A stretch of DNA of 64,000 nucleotides from Cyanophora paradoxa CCMP329 (lineage: Eukaryota; Plantae; Glaucophyta): positions 64,204 through 128,203 of the forward strand of contig QPMI01000692.1 of the NCBI GenBank assembly GCA_004431415.1. The letters run 5' to 3'. Of this stretch, positions 36,598 through 49,355 are shown piece after piece. Both the position numbers and the translations under genes were made by a program. Numbering within the stretch: position 1 is the stretch's first letter; the number at the start of each line of letters is the position of its first letter. The notes under the pieces were generated by a model. The model did not search any database, was not told the origin of the DNA, and saw nothing but the letters and a program-made list of their open reading frames with translations.

Positions 36598-37714
36598 GGC
36601 GGGAGGCGGGAGGCACGCTGTTGCCCGCCGCGGCGCGCGGGCTTGGGTCTAGGGGACCGGGCCGCCGCGCGCGACGCGGCCGTCAGGAAACCGATCGCGA
36701 GCTCGAGGTTGGAATCGCAGCATAGAGTGGGGCGCAACTTGGCCTCATGAGACCGATCGATTATGAGAATAGATGACATGATCACGAAAGAAACGTATAC
36801 CGGCAGCTCGGCCGCGGGGAAGGGAGGGGGGGGGGGGGGGGAGGGAGGGGGGAGGGGGTTCAGGGACGTTTGTGGCAAGCTAGCTGGGCCGGGCCGGGCT
36901 GCCCCTTGGCAAAGGCGAAGCCCACGTGCACCGCAACTGGCGTGCTGGGCCCCGGGGAGCATGTGCATAATGCGGCGGGGGCGGGCGCCGAGGGCCGGGA
37001 TTGGCCTGGGAGGGGGATCCGGGGGGTACAGGGCGCACAGCTCGCGCTGGATCTCGGGGAGCATGCGGAGTACGGGGCGGGCGAGGTCGAGGGGCGAGGC
37101 GAGGAGCGCCGCCGCGGCCGCGAGCGGCGAGGCGGCGGCGGGCGGATCGGGAGAGGCAGGGTGCGGGGACGAGGCAGAAGCCGCCGAGCGCGCCGTGGTC
37201 GATCGTGGTCAAGCTTAAGAGACCGCTGCGGCGTCTCCCACGCCGGCGTTCCCGGGGCGCCCCGCGGCCGCGGGGCCGCCGAGGCGCCGGCGCCGGCGAC
37301 GGCGCCGCTCCAGCTCCAGCTCCGGTTACCGGTCCAGCGGCTTCATGATCATGATCAGGGCCGCCGGCTCGCGCGCGCATGCGCAGCGCCGGCTCGCGCA
37401 GCCACACCGGGCGCGTACGACTCGCCCGGAGCCAACGGAGCGTCGCGAGGGATCGTTGCGGACGTCGTCGCGCTGCCGCAGGCCGGCGCCAGGCCGAATT
37501 ACTGCGGTAGCTCGCTCAAATGGCTCGACGCCGCGCCCATCGCGAATTCGAACGACTGCCCGATGCGAGGGCTCCCGCGTGCCGCCCAGCTCGATTTTGC
37601 TCGGGGTCAGTCAGTGTGATCAGCGCACTGATCGCAGCGAAGGGGGTACGGGCACCAGGGCTGACCGTAGAAGCAATCGGCCAGGCGCTGACCGTAGAAG
37701 CAATCGGCCGCGTT

Positions 37715-39173
37715 ATGGGCAGGCGCACGATGACGCCCTCGCCGGTGCCGCGGCTGTCGGCCAGGACGCCGTCGCCGGTCCCTCAGGCACTGCGGGGGCA
37801 CCAATCAAAGGAGAACATCCCACCGCAAGCAAAGCCGCAGCGCCAGAGCAACGCGCTCTCGCCGCGAGGCTCGCTTGCCTCGCCTCGCGGGGCAGCCGGA
37901 GGGCAGCCGCGCGGATCGGCCGGAGGGCTGCCGCCCGCTGCACCGCGACCGTCCCATGCAGGCCAGCAACCAGATGCGGAGCCGACGGGAACCGTGGACC
38001 TCCGTCTTTGCGCCTGCCTTCCGTTCCTGCTCTGCTCGACAGCGGTGGCCGAGCCGAGTGCGAATGCCGTGGTCGACAGGAAGCTTGAGCAAATGTTCGA
38101 GGTGGGTCTCGAAGCGCGCGCTTGTCGCTCGAAGCTAACGATGCAAACAACGAACAGGCCGCCGTTAGCGAAGGTTCGACACTTTCGATTTGAAGGCAGC
38201 ACCGGTCGCCAACCCCGACCCCGCCGGCGCAGGGCGCGGGCTGCACGTGGCGACCCCGGACGAGGTCCGACAGTTCTACGAGCTCGCGGGGAAGGGACAG
38301 GACAAGTCCCTGGTTCGCCCGCGGCGCCGCGCGCCAGGACTCGCCTTCTGATCGCTGAGCGCGCCGCGCAGTCGCCGGGCAAGCGGGCTCAGGCGATGCG
38401 TGACCTCATCGGGCTCGTTCAGGTGCGCGGAGCGGACGCTCGTCTCTTTCCCGGAGACCGGCCTGCGCCGCTCGCCGACCGCCGACCGGCCGCGCCCAGA
38501 TCCTGAAGAAGCACTACCTGGCGAAGCCCGAGCTGCGCTCCAGCCTCCTCAAGATCGATCCCAAGAACCAGCAAACCCTCGCCCTCCGCATGCCCTCCAT
38601 CGACTCCGCCTGTGCGCCGTACCCCTCCGCGCCGCGATCCGCCCCGCCCCGATTCGAACCCGCGCCTCCCATCCAGCCTCGTCGCGGCGCTCGCTGGTCG
38701 AAGAGTTTTTGATGGAGGCGTACGACACGAAGCCCCTCTTCGAGCGCGTGCGCGTCGCCGTACCCGTCCGACGAGGACCCCCGTACCCCCTCACGCCTTC
38801 TCCCCCCCCTCAGATGGCCATCTCCGAGCTCCTCAGGTCTTACGGCGCGCGAAACGCTTTGCTGTACCCCTGCGCGGCGAAGCCCGTGACGTCGTCGCTC
38901 TGCAGGCCTGTACAAGCAGGCGTGCGAGGGGGACTGCAGGGTAGCCGAGCCCGGCATGTTCGAGGTCCGCCGCAAGATGAAGGTGCCGCAGTACCCCCCT
39001 CCCATCCCCTCCCCTCCCCTCACCGCCCCCCTCCCTCCCCACTCGTTTACCGGTACCCCCCTCTTTCGCCGCAGTGGTCGGCCTGGAGGGAGCTGCGGGG
39101 TATGCCTCGGGACGCGGCGATGAAGCGGGCTGTCGAGCACTTCCGCGTTATGAAGCAGAAATACGGGTCATAG
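37715..39173 (+). CDS. Protein with C-terminal acyl-CoA-binding (ACBP) domain; multi-exon
   Basis: GLYKQACEGDC...PGMFEVRRKMK|WSAWRELRGMPRDAAMKR matches the ACBP signature. Confidence 0.8.
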
Positions 39174-39514
39174 GCAGAGGCCTAGGCCGCTAGCTAGATA
39201 GCTAGCTAGCCAGCTAGCTTCGATTCCGGCGTCCGTGGACCTTCTCTTTAGTTTAAGCCTTCGAGAGTAAATATTCGAACTCGTGTGCGGTGTTGCGCTT
39301 GTATGCTATAGCTCTAGCAACGTGCAGCTATTCTTTGAATTAACGATTCTGCGATTTTATGGTTTGGTTTTCAATGTGCAAATATTGAGTTTTGCCGATC
39401 CCGTTGCGAAGGCGGGGACGTCAAAAAGTGTGAGTCAAATGTATACACGCCGCACACGCATATGCATGGCCAACAAACAAGAGAAGCGTGCAGCCCCGGA
39501 GCCGCTCTGGCCGC

Positions 39515-42500
39515 TCATATGATCACGTCCGCGCGGCGCCGCCGGCCGCTGCCGTCGCCCCCATGCCGCGCGGGTCCTGGGGGGTACGGCGTGAGACAAG
39601 AATAGCCGGCGGGGTACGGAACTCTGTGAACTCTGACCTCGCCCTCCCGCGGGATTTCGTAGAGCTTGTCCAGGTGCTCCCGGATCAAGTGCCTTACCTC
39701 GGCGTCGTTTATCTTCTCCACGTTCTGGATGATGCGCTGTACCCACCCCCGGGAAGCGTCAGCGGATCGCGGGCCGCCCTCCACACTGCGCACGGCGCGC
39801 GCGCGTACCCGTCCCGTGACGGGGTCCGAGTCGATGTAGTAGGGGTAGACGTGGTACTCGACGATCTGATTGCGCGCGCGTCACGCTTCGTCGTTCTCGC
39901 GCCCTTTCGAAGAGAGGCGCTGCGGGGATCAGAACCTGGGTCATGCTGACGACGACCTCGAACATGGCCCCGAGGCGGCGCAGAGGGCTCTTCTCCGATG
40001 TCGAGACGTCTCCCAGGGAGTACAGGCAGATTCCCTTCTTGGGCAGGTCCTGCAGGGGGGGGGGGGGGGGGGGAGAATTAGGGGTAAGGGTCGAGGCCGA
40101 CGGGAGGAGGGGATAACGGGGTACGCGCCTGCTGGTCCCAGGCGTCCGGCGCGAGGTTCAGGAGCATCTTACCCCCCAGGCCCGCGCGGACCTCCTCGGA
40201 GTCTGGCGGGGGTACGCGATTGATCAGCAAGAGGGAAGGGGGGTACCGCGGTCCGCGAACGGTTCGCACTGGCGTGGGGGTCGGAGGAGAGGATGGAGCC
40301 GCCCTTCTTGGGGGGGATCAGGCCGCCCTTCTTCCCCCCCCCGAAGGCGTCGCCGCCGCCTCCCTTGCCCGAGGAAGGCCCGGCGACACCGGAGCCGCCG
40401 GGCGGCCCCGCGCCCCCGGCCTCCTCCTTCACCTCGGAGTCCAGCATCTCCATGGGCAGCAGAGTGCTGGGGCCGTGCCCCACGATCAGATCGAACTCGG
40501 CGTTGAGCATGAGCTGCCGCGCCGACTGCGCCATGCCGGCCGTCGGCTGCGTCGTCCCGGGCTTGCCCCAGTCCACGAAGCCGATGAGGAGGTCCAGCGC
40601 GGCCCCCGCGCTCGGCTCGTCGTAGAGGCTGCGGTCATCTCAAGTCAGAGGGGCGAAAGGCGAGCGGCGCTCGCTGGCTCGCTGGCTCGCTCGATTACCT
40701 GGCCATGGAGTCGCCCCGCTGGAGCGCGCGGCTGCTTGCGCCGCCGCCTCCGCCCGCCGTCGACGCGCGCCGCGTGGAGAGCGGCGGGGCCCGCGCGATA
40801 CTGGACTTGCGGCCGTCGGGTCCGACGAGCGGCACGCCGGCGCCGCCCTCCTTGGCCGCCTTGGCCTCCTCCGCGGCGATGCGGTTGGCCTCGGCGTCGG
40901 CGCGCTGCTTCCGGCGCTTGGCTATGAACGACTTCTTCGATTCCTCCAGGTGCACCACGTCCACGATCTGGTACCCCCCCTCGCCCGTCAGCAACCCCGG
41001 AACGCCCTTGGATATCTTCTTGCTTAGCTTGCTTAGCCCTTGGCGCCCAGACGTCTACTAGCCTCGCGCTCTGCCCTCTTGGGGGCCCCGCTCGGGAGGG
41101 GGGAGCGGGGGTAGGGGGGACAGTACCTCGCGGGTAATGCAGTCGACGCGGCCGAGGCCCATCAGGTGGTTCCAGCTGGGGGCCGACGTCAGGGGTACGG
41201 GAATCGTCGACCTGCGCGAGCGGGCGAGCGCCGGGGCGGGCGAGCGCGTCAGCCATTTCATCCTCGCGCCCCGCCTTCGCCCGACCAAGCGCACTCGGTC
41301 CACGCCGCGAAGCCGACGGTGCCGGAGCGCAGGGCGACGCGGAGGTAGGCCTGCCCTCCCTCCTGCGTCCCGATCACGCGGATTCCTGCGCGCAGGGGCG
41401 AGACGGGTCAGGTAAGGGGCGGGCGGGCGGGCGGGCGGAGGCGGCGGAGCAAGCGCGCGGGCGGGCCTCGTGTGCGGAGGAGCTGGAGCGTCGTCAGGAA
41501 GCCGTCCGGATTGCCTATGTACCCGGTCAGGTGCGGAGGAGGGGCCGGGGAGTGGCCGGGTTGCCCGCCTATGTTGCGGTCGGCGCTGTAGGGGTTCGCC
41601 ACGGAGAGCAGTAGACGCCGGGCGTCGATGTCCAGGTTGTACAGGAATGCCTCCAGATACGCCTCCGACATCTCCCGCCCAGACTGCGCGAGCGGAAGGC
41701 AGGAGAAGTCAGCGGGGCGGGGAGCTGGGCGGGGAGCGGGGCGGGGGAGGAGCCGACCTGCAGGGTACGCTGCCACTTCGTCTTCTTCGCGTCGTTGCGA
41801 ACGACGGGGGCGCCCAAATTCGCGACGATCAAATCCGCGCTCGAGAGGATGGATTTGAACTCGAACGCGGCCTCTGGTGGCTCGTCCGTCGAGACGGGGT
41901 TCAGGCTGCCGAGGAAGACGATGCGCGTGGCCCGCGCGCGGCGCTTGCCGTCTGCCATGACGCCCATCGTGTCCTCCTCGTCCGCCCAGAAGTGCATCGG
42001 GAGCTTCCGGTTCGGCGTGAAGAGCGACTCCCGGAAGATTGCAGTGAGGCCAGGGCACGGGCCCGCCAGCTTCGCCAGCAGCGCTGCGCGAGCGTCAGCG
42101 GGCGCTGCGGAGGGCGGGCGGGCGAGCGGGCGCGCCCTCCAGGGCCGCCTTGAACGAGCGCTTCTCGACTTCCTCCTCGACCTTCCGCAGCAGCTGGGTC
42201 GCCCGCGCCTTGATGTTGTGCGCTGCGGGCGCGTGGGCGGCGTCAGGCGATAGGAGCTACGGCAATCCGCGCAGAGGCTCGCCGACCTTTGCTCTGCGCC
42301 TGTGCGAGCGTTTCCGGCTTCAACCGCTTCTGACCCCGCTCGAAGTTGCTAAGAGCTTGCATCGCATCGGCCATGCTGCCCTTCATGATCACAGCTCTGT
42401 TCGGAGGCGCGTTGTACTGCTGATGCTGAGGAGCGCCCGGTGGGGCTCCGGGCGGTGGTGCTCCGAGCGAGGACGGTCCCGCCCGCGGTCCGGCGAGGTT

Positions 42501-42820
42501 TCGCGACGATTCTGCGTCGAACAACTCAGCGATGCAGATGACGGTGCACGTTGTCGGGTGCTCTCACCGTAAAGAGGTGTTTGGGTCGCTGGAGGTGGGC
42601 CGAACGACGGGGATTGCGCCCCGTAACCAGAAGGAGCCCCGTATCCCGACCCCGAGTAGGAACTGCCTGCATAGCTGGGCGCCCGGTCGTAGCTGGCCGC
42701 CGGCCCATAGCTTGTTGGCGCCTGGTAGCTGGGCGGCGCCTGGCCGTAGGCTGGGAAAACCCCTCCGCCGCCGCTCCTCTGGTCTCCCGCATACATCGCG
42801 CTCGTCTCTGTCGAGACCAA
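39515..42820 (-). CDS. CapA/PGA_cap-like metallophosphoesterase-fold protein with degenerate metal ligands; multi-exon, ends approximate
   Basis: Motifs in CapA order: IVFLGS, ADLIVANLG, LSVANPYSAD, GFLTTLQLL, VGFAAWT, IGFVDWG, DLIVGHGPSTLLPME, LYSLGD. Confidence 0.65.
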
Positions 42821-43488
42821 GCGCGAGGGCGGACGCTGGAGAGTCGAGGCGGTTGGAAGGTAGGGGTACGTGTCAGTCCAGCGGCCACCAGGCTACCAGT
42901 AGCTAGCGGGCTATCTGTGCGCCATCTTGTTGTGGATCCAGCAGAGGTACATCTAGAGCGGCGATCCCTGTCTGGGCCGAAGTGTGCAGGGGGATGCGTC
43001 GGCCGCAGCCCGCCGCCTTCGCGGCCCCCGTCGCGCCTGTGGGACTTTCGGGCGCGAGGCACGCTCACGCCGTGTCGAGCTGGCGAGCTGCGACCGTCGG
43101 CCGCGATTCTGTGACGACGTCGCTCCGACGAACGCTGGTGCGCGCCCTTGAGGGCGTTCCTGACCTCTGCTTCGGCGCTTACGCGCGCTGCGGCTAGATT
43201 GGAAGGCGGCTCTGCGCCGCGCCGCTCCCGGCTGCAGCGGCGCCGCGCGACAGCAGGAGATTCACGTGGACCGGCCCGCGCGCCGCCGCCGGGGGCTTCG
43301 AGGGCCTCGTTCACTTCGCAGCATATCACCGTGCGCTTTCGCACCCGCCCCCGCGTGTCCGACGGGCAAAGCTAAGCTTTTCGTGAGCAGGGTCCGGTCT
43401 CCCGCGTCCGCGGCCGCCTCGCGCCGCGCCCCTGCGCGCTGACTCGCCGGCCGCGAGCAGGGATCTGTCCGCATGGGTCGCCGATCAG

Positions 43489-44247
43489 GTGGTTTACGTG
43501 CAGACTCACACGCGGGAGATCGCAGATCAAATCTTCAACAAGGTCCGGCTCACGCCACCCTCTGTCAATGATTCGCCGCCCGCCCTTCCGACATCGGCGG
43601 CCGCCATCCGCAGGATCAGTTCTTCGCCCTTTCCCTTTTCCCTTACCTCGCGTTTCTGTACGAGGCGAAGAAGCTGGTCCGCCCCGCCCCCCCCTCCCCC
43701 CAAGGGCTTGGGCCATAGCTAGGCCTGTGCCTAGGCCTCCGGCCGCTCTCAGGCTCACCGTCCGAGACGCGCAGGCCGATGCAGGTCACTTCCCGAAGCA
43801 GGCGTACAAGGGATTCGTCTTCCTCCTTGTGTTCGTATTCGGGACTATCCCGGCGTGCGTCACTCTGTTCTCTACGATGAAGCGTAAGCCTCCGGATCGA
43901 ATTCCGCTGAGGACATTTCCTGCAGAGGGCTCTACGCGCGCTCGGCGTACGGGCGGGAGCTCATGGATGTGGACTGGCTCCACGGCTCGGCGGAAAGCCT
44001 TCTGACCATCACCAACATCGTGCGCTCCGCTCCGTCCAGTTTCAATTCAAAAATTCAAATCTGGCCTCGGCTCGCGCGCGAGCGAACGCTCTCTTTTGAT
44101 CTGGGGCGGGCACGGCATGCGCAGCTCATCGTGCTGGGCGTACGGAGCAGCGTGGCGGAGCTGATGGAGGGGGGGGAGGACGCGCGGCGCGGCGAGGGGC
44201 CGAGGGAGGAGGCCGAGCGGCCAGATGGAGGAGACGGCGAACGTTAG
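43489..44247 (+). CDS. Hypothetical membrane protein, partial exons
   Basis: Exon-like segments including hydrophobic YKGFVFLLVFVFGTIPACVTLF bounded by GT/AG. Confidence 0.35.
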
Positions 44248-45349
44248 CTTCCTACATATACAGCTATAAGAGCAAGGAGGCCTGCCGCAGTACCAGCTAG
44301 CTTCAATGAGAGTAATCGGTTTTTACGTGTCCGCCAGCCCCGGGGCCCGCGGCCCTGCCATCGAGATCAGCAGCCTGGCAGGCTGAGCCCGGAGCAGCAT
44401 ATGCATATGCATGCAGCTGCAGGGAGGAATTCGAAATGGCTCCGAACATGTACCGTAGTATTACATGAAATAGCACTGGTCATGAAGTAGCTATATATAG
44501 GTTATTGCCTTGAATTGGCCAGTGGCCATGGGCTGTGGGTTATATAATTAGGAGCTGGGCCCTGCCATCCGCAGCATGCGGCTGATCCGAGTGATCATGA
44601 GCCCTGGCCATGGGCCCGGGGAGGAAGCACACGATTCTCGAATTCGTACAGGCAACAAGCTTAAGAGTCAACAAGAACAACATCGCGACTTATCTGCCTA
44701 CTGAAGGGAAATCGGATCTCACCATCGGCGCCATTCGCACATAGTACAGGGCGACTACATCGTCCGCTGTAACTACTACCAAGAAGGTTTGGGCAACGGG
44801 GCCAAGGACAAGTACGTGTACACGAGCGGCCTGCCATGCCGGGCTCGGACTAAAGCTGTGAGCAGGCGGCTCCTACTAGATATAGCTACTAACTGGGCCT
44901 CTGCTCTGCTGTCTACTCTGCTGTGCTACTGCGACTAGAGAATGAGAACTACAGTACAAGCAAGAGAAAAGGCTGCCATACTGGAACACAATATAAAGAA
45001 TACTGGAGGATCGAGAAAGCAGATACGTATAAGCACACAAAAGAAGAGGGGCACACTTGATTTGAAAACAACGCCGCTATCTTAGTAAAACACTCTCTGA
45101 CTGCTCAAACACAATGCAAACTGCACGCGAGGCTTTGTACAAGCTGCTGTCGTCTAAGAATTCAAATCAAACGGATATCCTGAACTAGGTAGCACACTGG
45201 ACAAATGAAAACGCTAGCTTCAAATATGAAAATATATGCGATGAAACACTCTCACACTGCCGGATGGCTGTACACAGGAAGGAAGGAGGGGGCGCCGCCA
45301 ACGCCGACGCCGCCGGGTACCAGTACAATTCGCGATCGAGCGTGCGAGC

Positions 45350-47470
45350 CTACGGCGAGCCGCAGCGGGGGGGCGGGAGCTCGGGGGTCGCCGCCGGGCT
45401 ATCCACCGCGGAGCAGACGGAGGCCCCGCGGTCCCGGGAGCGCTGTCCCGGCGCCTCGTCGCTCCCCGCAGGGCTCTCGTCGCCGCTCGACTCAGGAGAC
45501 TCCACGGTACCCCCCTCCCGCTCCCGCCCCCGCTCCCGCCACCGCAAGAACGTCGGCGGCGGCGCGGAGGCCGCCGCGGCCGCCGCGGAGCGACCGCCGC
45601 GCTCCTTGTCCCGGGAGCGCGCCCGCCGGTTCTGGAAGTAGATGCGAACCTGCGAGCCGCCGCTAAGAAAAGAAGAAGAGAGAGAAAGAAAGAAAGAGAA
45701 AGGAAGCGGACCTGGTGCTCGCTAATGCCCACGTCGCGGGCAATGGACGCGATCTCGGCCGGGCTGTGCTTGATGCCGTTCCGGTCCTCGTAGTACCAGT
45801 TCAGCTTGGCCTTCTGGTCCTCGGAAAAGAAGATGCGCTTCCGGCCCGCGGCGGGCGCCAGCGCGATCGGGCGGAGGAAGGGGCTCGGCGCGGACGAAAG
45901 CACCCCGTCGGACCCCGAGGTGGGGGGGGACCGGCCGCTCCCCGGCGGCGAGGTCGGGACGATCGCGACGGACGTGAGGTGCAGCGGGATCGGCGAGATC
46001 GTCTGCGGCGGAGTGAGCACGCGGGAAAGAGAGCGAGGCCGGGCGGAGCCGCACAGTGGGGTCCGTGGGCGAGTCAGCGTCGCGGCCGGTGCCGGAGTCG
46101 GGAGACGTGGAGCGCGGGCGGCACTCCGCGAACTCGCCGTGGCCGTGCAGGAGAACGAGGCGCATGAGGAGCTGCGGAGGCGATGCGGTCAGCGCGGGCG
46201 CATGGAGAACCCGCAGTCTGGCGGCTCTGGCGGCTCGCCTTCTGGCAGGGGTCCTCGAAGGGATCGTCGGAGCGGGGCGCCTCGGCGAGGCGTGCAAACG
46301 AGGAAGAAACGAAGCGCTGCAGGAGCGTTCCCTCGGAGAGCCCGAGCACGGAGTCGCGCATCGCGCCGAGCCGTTCGGCTGCCCGGCGACGGTCGGCGGG
46401 GAGGGCGGAGCCGGCGCGCATGCGCGGAGCGCACCGAGCTCGGGGACTGGCAGGTTCATCCAGTGCATCGGGGCGGACGTGCTGACGGACTCGTCGCCGC
46501 AGGAATCTTCGCGGCTGTAGCGCTGTCGCTTCCGGGACGAACGGGAACTCCTTTCGCGGTAGACAAAGTCCCTGTCTTCATGCTTCCCGCTGCGTACACT
46601 GGCAGGGGCGGATCAGATGTATGCCGTGCGATCGCGTGCGACGGCAGCACAGACCCCTCATAGTAGCTCAGCCGCTCCTTGCGGCCGCTAACTTCGTACG
46701 GGCTCCCGTCATAGGGCTGACGGCTGGGGACCTGGCGGAGGGTCGCGGAAAGTTAGGTCGTACGAAAGAAACGGAAAGAAAGAGAGCGGCGAACTTCGCA
46801 TTCATCATCAAGCTCCTCCATTGCTTCATCGATGTTGTACTCGAAAAGGGGATCTGCGGTGCACCACACTCTTCAGCGATCACATCTGAACTCATATTCA
46901 ACGGACGCCGGAAGACTGACCTTGCGGGGCCTGCGATCGACGCGGCTGCTTGCCAGACCGTCTCATTGAATGATCTAGAGCATCCTGCGGCGAGGAATGA
47001 GCTCAGCGACTTCCTCCGAACATGCGGGCCTGAAACGTGCGACTGAAGTTCACCTCGTGATACTCGGATTGGACACTCGTCCGCCGAAAAGGTACGTCAT
47101 GAAGCATGAGAAGAGCTTCGGCTGCGCAGTCCAACAAGGAAGGCTCCACTTTGGGCTCGCTTCGAAGTGCTGCGTGAGGGGTCAACTCGAGGTCTTGAAC
47201 TCGGGCAGCGCCAGGGATCGCCGAGAACTGACCTGTACTGCTGAAAGCATGTCGACCTCCGAAGGCGCAGCTCGACGGCGCTGGCATGTGTACGGCGGGC
47301 ATCACGGCCAACATCTGGTTCTCCGTGACTGGAAGTAGAGAGTGGGCAGCGGTCTGACTGACTTCTTCTATCTGAGCGCATGCGCAGAGACGGCGTACGT
47401 CAGCGCCGGAGGTCGCAGGGCTCGCCGATCGCCGTGGAAGCGAATCGCCGGCAAGGTCGAAGGCGTTCAT
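45350..47470 (-). CDS. Homeodomain transcription factor; multi-exon
   Basis: RKRIFFSEDQKAKL...IARDVGISEHQ|VRIYFQNRRARSR, with an intron at the Q|V position of helix 3. Confidence 0.8.
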
Positions 47471-49077
47471 TGTTGCGACATCGGAGGCCGGGAGCGCGTA
47501 CTAGGCCGCAAACTAAGTCATTAAGGGCCAGCTCACCTCTTCAGCAACAGCGGCAAGCTCGGAGCACGAGCGAGATCTCCGGAGCGACGAGAGGCAATCT
47601 CCGGCGGGCAATGGGGCGGTGCTCCGCTAATAAGGGACGAGATGTCGCACGCTAGATGCCGCGCGGCGCCGCCGCTGCCAGGCTGATCAGCCGTCCAGAT
47701 CTCCCGCGCGTGCGGCGGCAACTCGCCTTTTGCCGCGTACCCACCTGGAGGCTGGAGCATGCAAGAAAATAACCGCCGATATAATGAAAAACCCAAATCC
47801 AAGATCATGATTCCATCAAGAAAGCACGTGCTCTGACAGCCTCTGAGCACTGCTCTCGCGCCGAATGGATCCCTCAATCGCGTCACCGTTGGATTGAGGG
47901 CCCGAATAGGCTGCAGCTTGCTGCGGCAGGCTGCGCGCGCGTGCATCCAAATTCCTGCAATTTCGAAATTCGAATTCGCGATCGACGTCACGCGCGAACT
48001 CGCCGCGAAATCGCGATCGCCGGCGGATTCGCCGCGAACTTGCAATTGCGACTCTCGGAAGTTTGCCATTGTTAAATTGTGCTTAACTTACAAATAACTT
48101 ACAATGATACGTTTTTCCAAGTTGCCGTGAACTCGCGAGACGCTAACGGATTCGAAAAGAAAGCTCCCCGAGGCTGTGAGCCTGTAATCATTGAATGTCT
48201 GTACATCATTCACAGTACATGTACATGTGAGTCTGATGTGACTCCTGTCACGAGTCCTGTGAGCCTGTGAGGCTGTACCGGTACATGTGAGCCTGCATGT
48301 GAGTATGTGACCCGGGTGAGTCCCGAGTCCGGGCCCCGGGGCCTCGAGCTCCGGCCCCCGGAGTCCGGACTCCGGAGTCCGGCCCTCCGCCGGGCCAGCG
48401 CAAGCTCCGGGTTCGATGCGGCCGGAGGGCGGTCCGGAGGCCCGCCGGACCCGGGCGGGGGATCGATATCTGTACTGCTTCCCGGAGGAGCTCGAGATCG
48501 ATATCCCGGGCCCTTCCCGGCCCCTCCGGCCCAGGCTCCGATCGCGAGTCCGGGCCTCCGGCCCAGGCTCCGGCCCTCCGTTGCATACTGGAGAGCCAGA
48601 AATATTCAGTGGGCTGCATATTTATAGTTCTAAATTAAACGTTTTTGGGCCACCTACTAAACATTTCTCGCCTTCTAAAGCCGAGAATTTAATTTGTAGG
48701 GGAAGCCCCGTCTCCGCCATACAAAAGCCGGCGCCCTGCGAAGTGGCAGTTTTCTACTTATTTTCCTGTACCACATTAACCAGTTCTAGATCTACAGTAT
48801 GCAGTGCCATCACTGCCATGCACAGGGCTAGGTGCACGTGGCGCGGGGCATTATATTGGGGGGCTCTAAGTTCTAGCCTAGTAGCTGCAAGCTGATATGG
48901 GGATTCGCAGAAGGATCCGGACAAGCGGGAGGTCCACAGGGGGACAGCCGGCAGGGGGAGGCCGGGGCCAGAGCGGGATCTAGATCTGGAGCGGGGGCGG
49001 GAGCGGCGCCGGCGGGGGCGTACGCGTCGGCGATTACTCGTGGATTTATAATTAGTAAGGTGGCGCCAGCTGCAGGG

Positions 49078-49355
49078 CCGGCGGCGCGCGAGGGCGTTAT
49101 AATTAGGGGCGGGGCCGGGGCCGGGGGCGGGGCGGCCGGCCGCGTTGTCCCGGCGGCGCGCGAGGGCGTTATAATTAGGGGCGGGGCCGGGGCCGGGGCG
49201 GGGCGGCCGGCCGCGTTGTCCCGGCGGCGCGCGAGGGCGTTATAATTAGGGGCGGGGCCGGGGCCGGGGGCGGGGCGGCCGCCGCGTTGTCCCGGCGGCG
49301 CGCGAGGGCGTTATAATTAGGGGCGGGGCCGGGGCCGGGGGCGGGGCGGGGCGGC
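49078..49355 (+). repeat. ~72-bp tandem repeat x4 with TTATAATTA and G-runs
   Basis: ccggcggcgcgcgagggcgttataattaggggcggggccggggcc... repeated. Confidence 0.9.
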
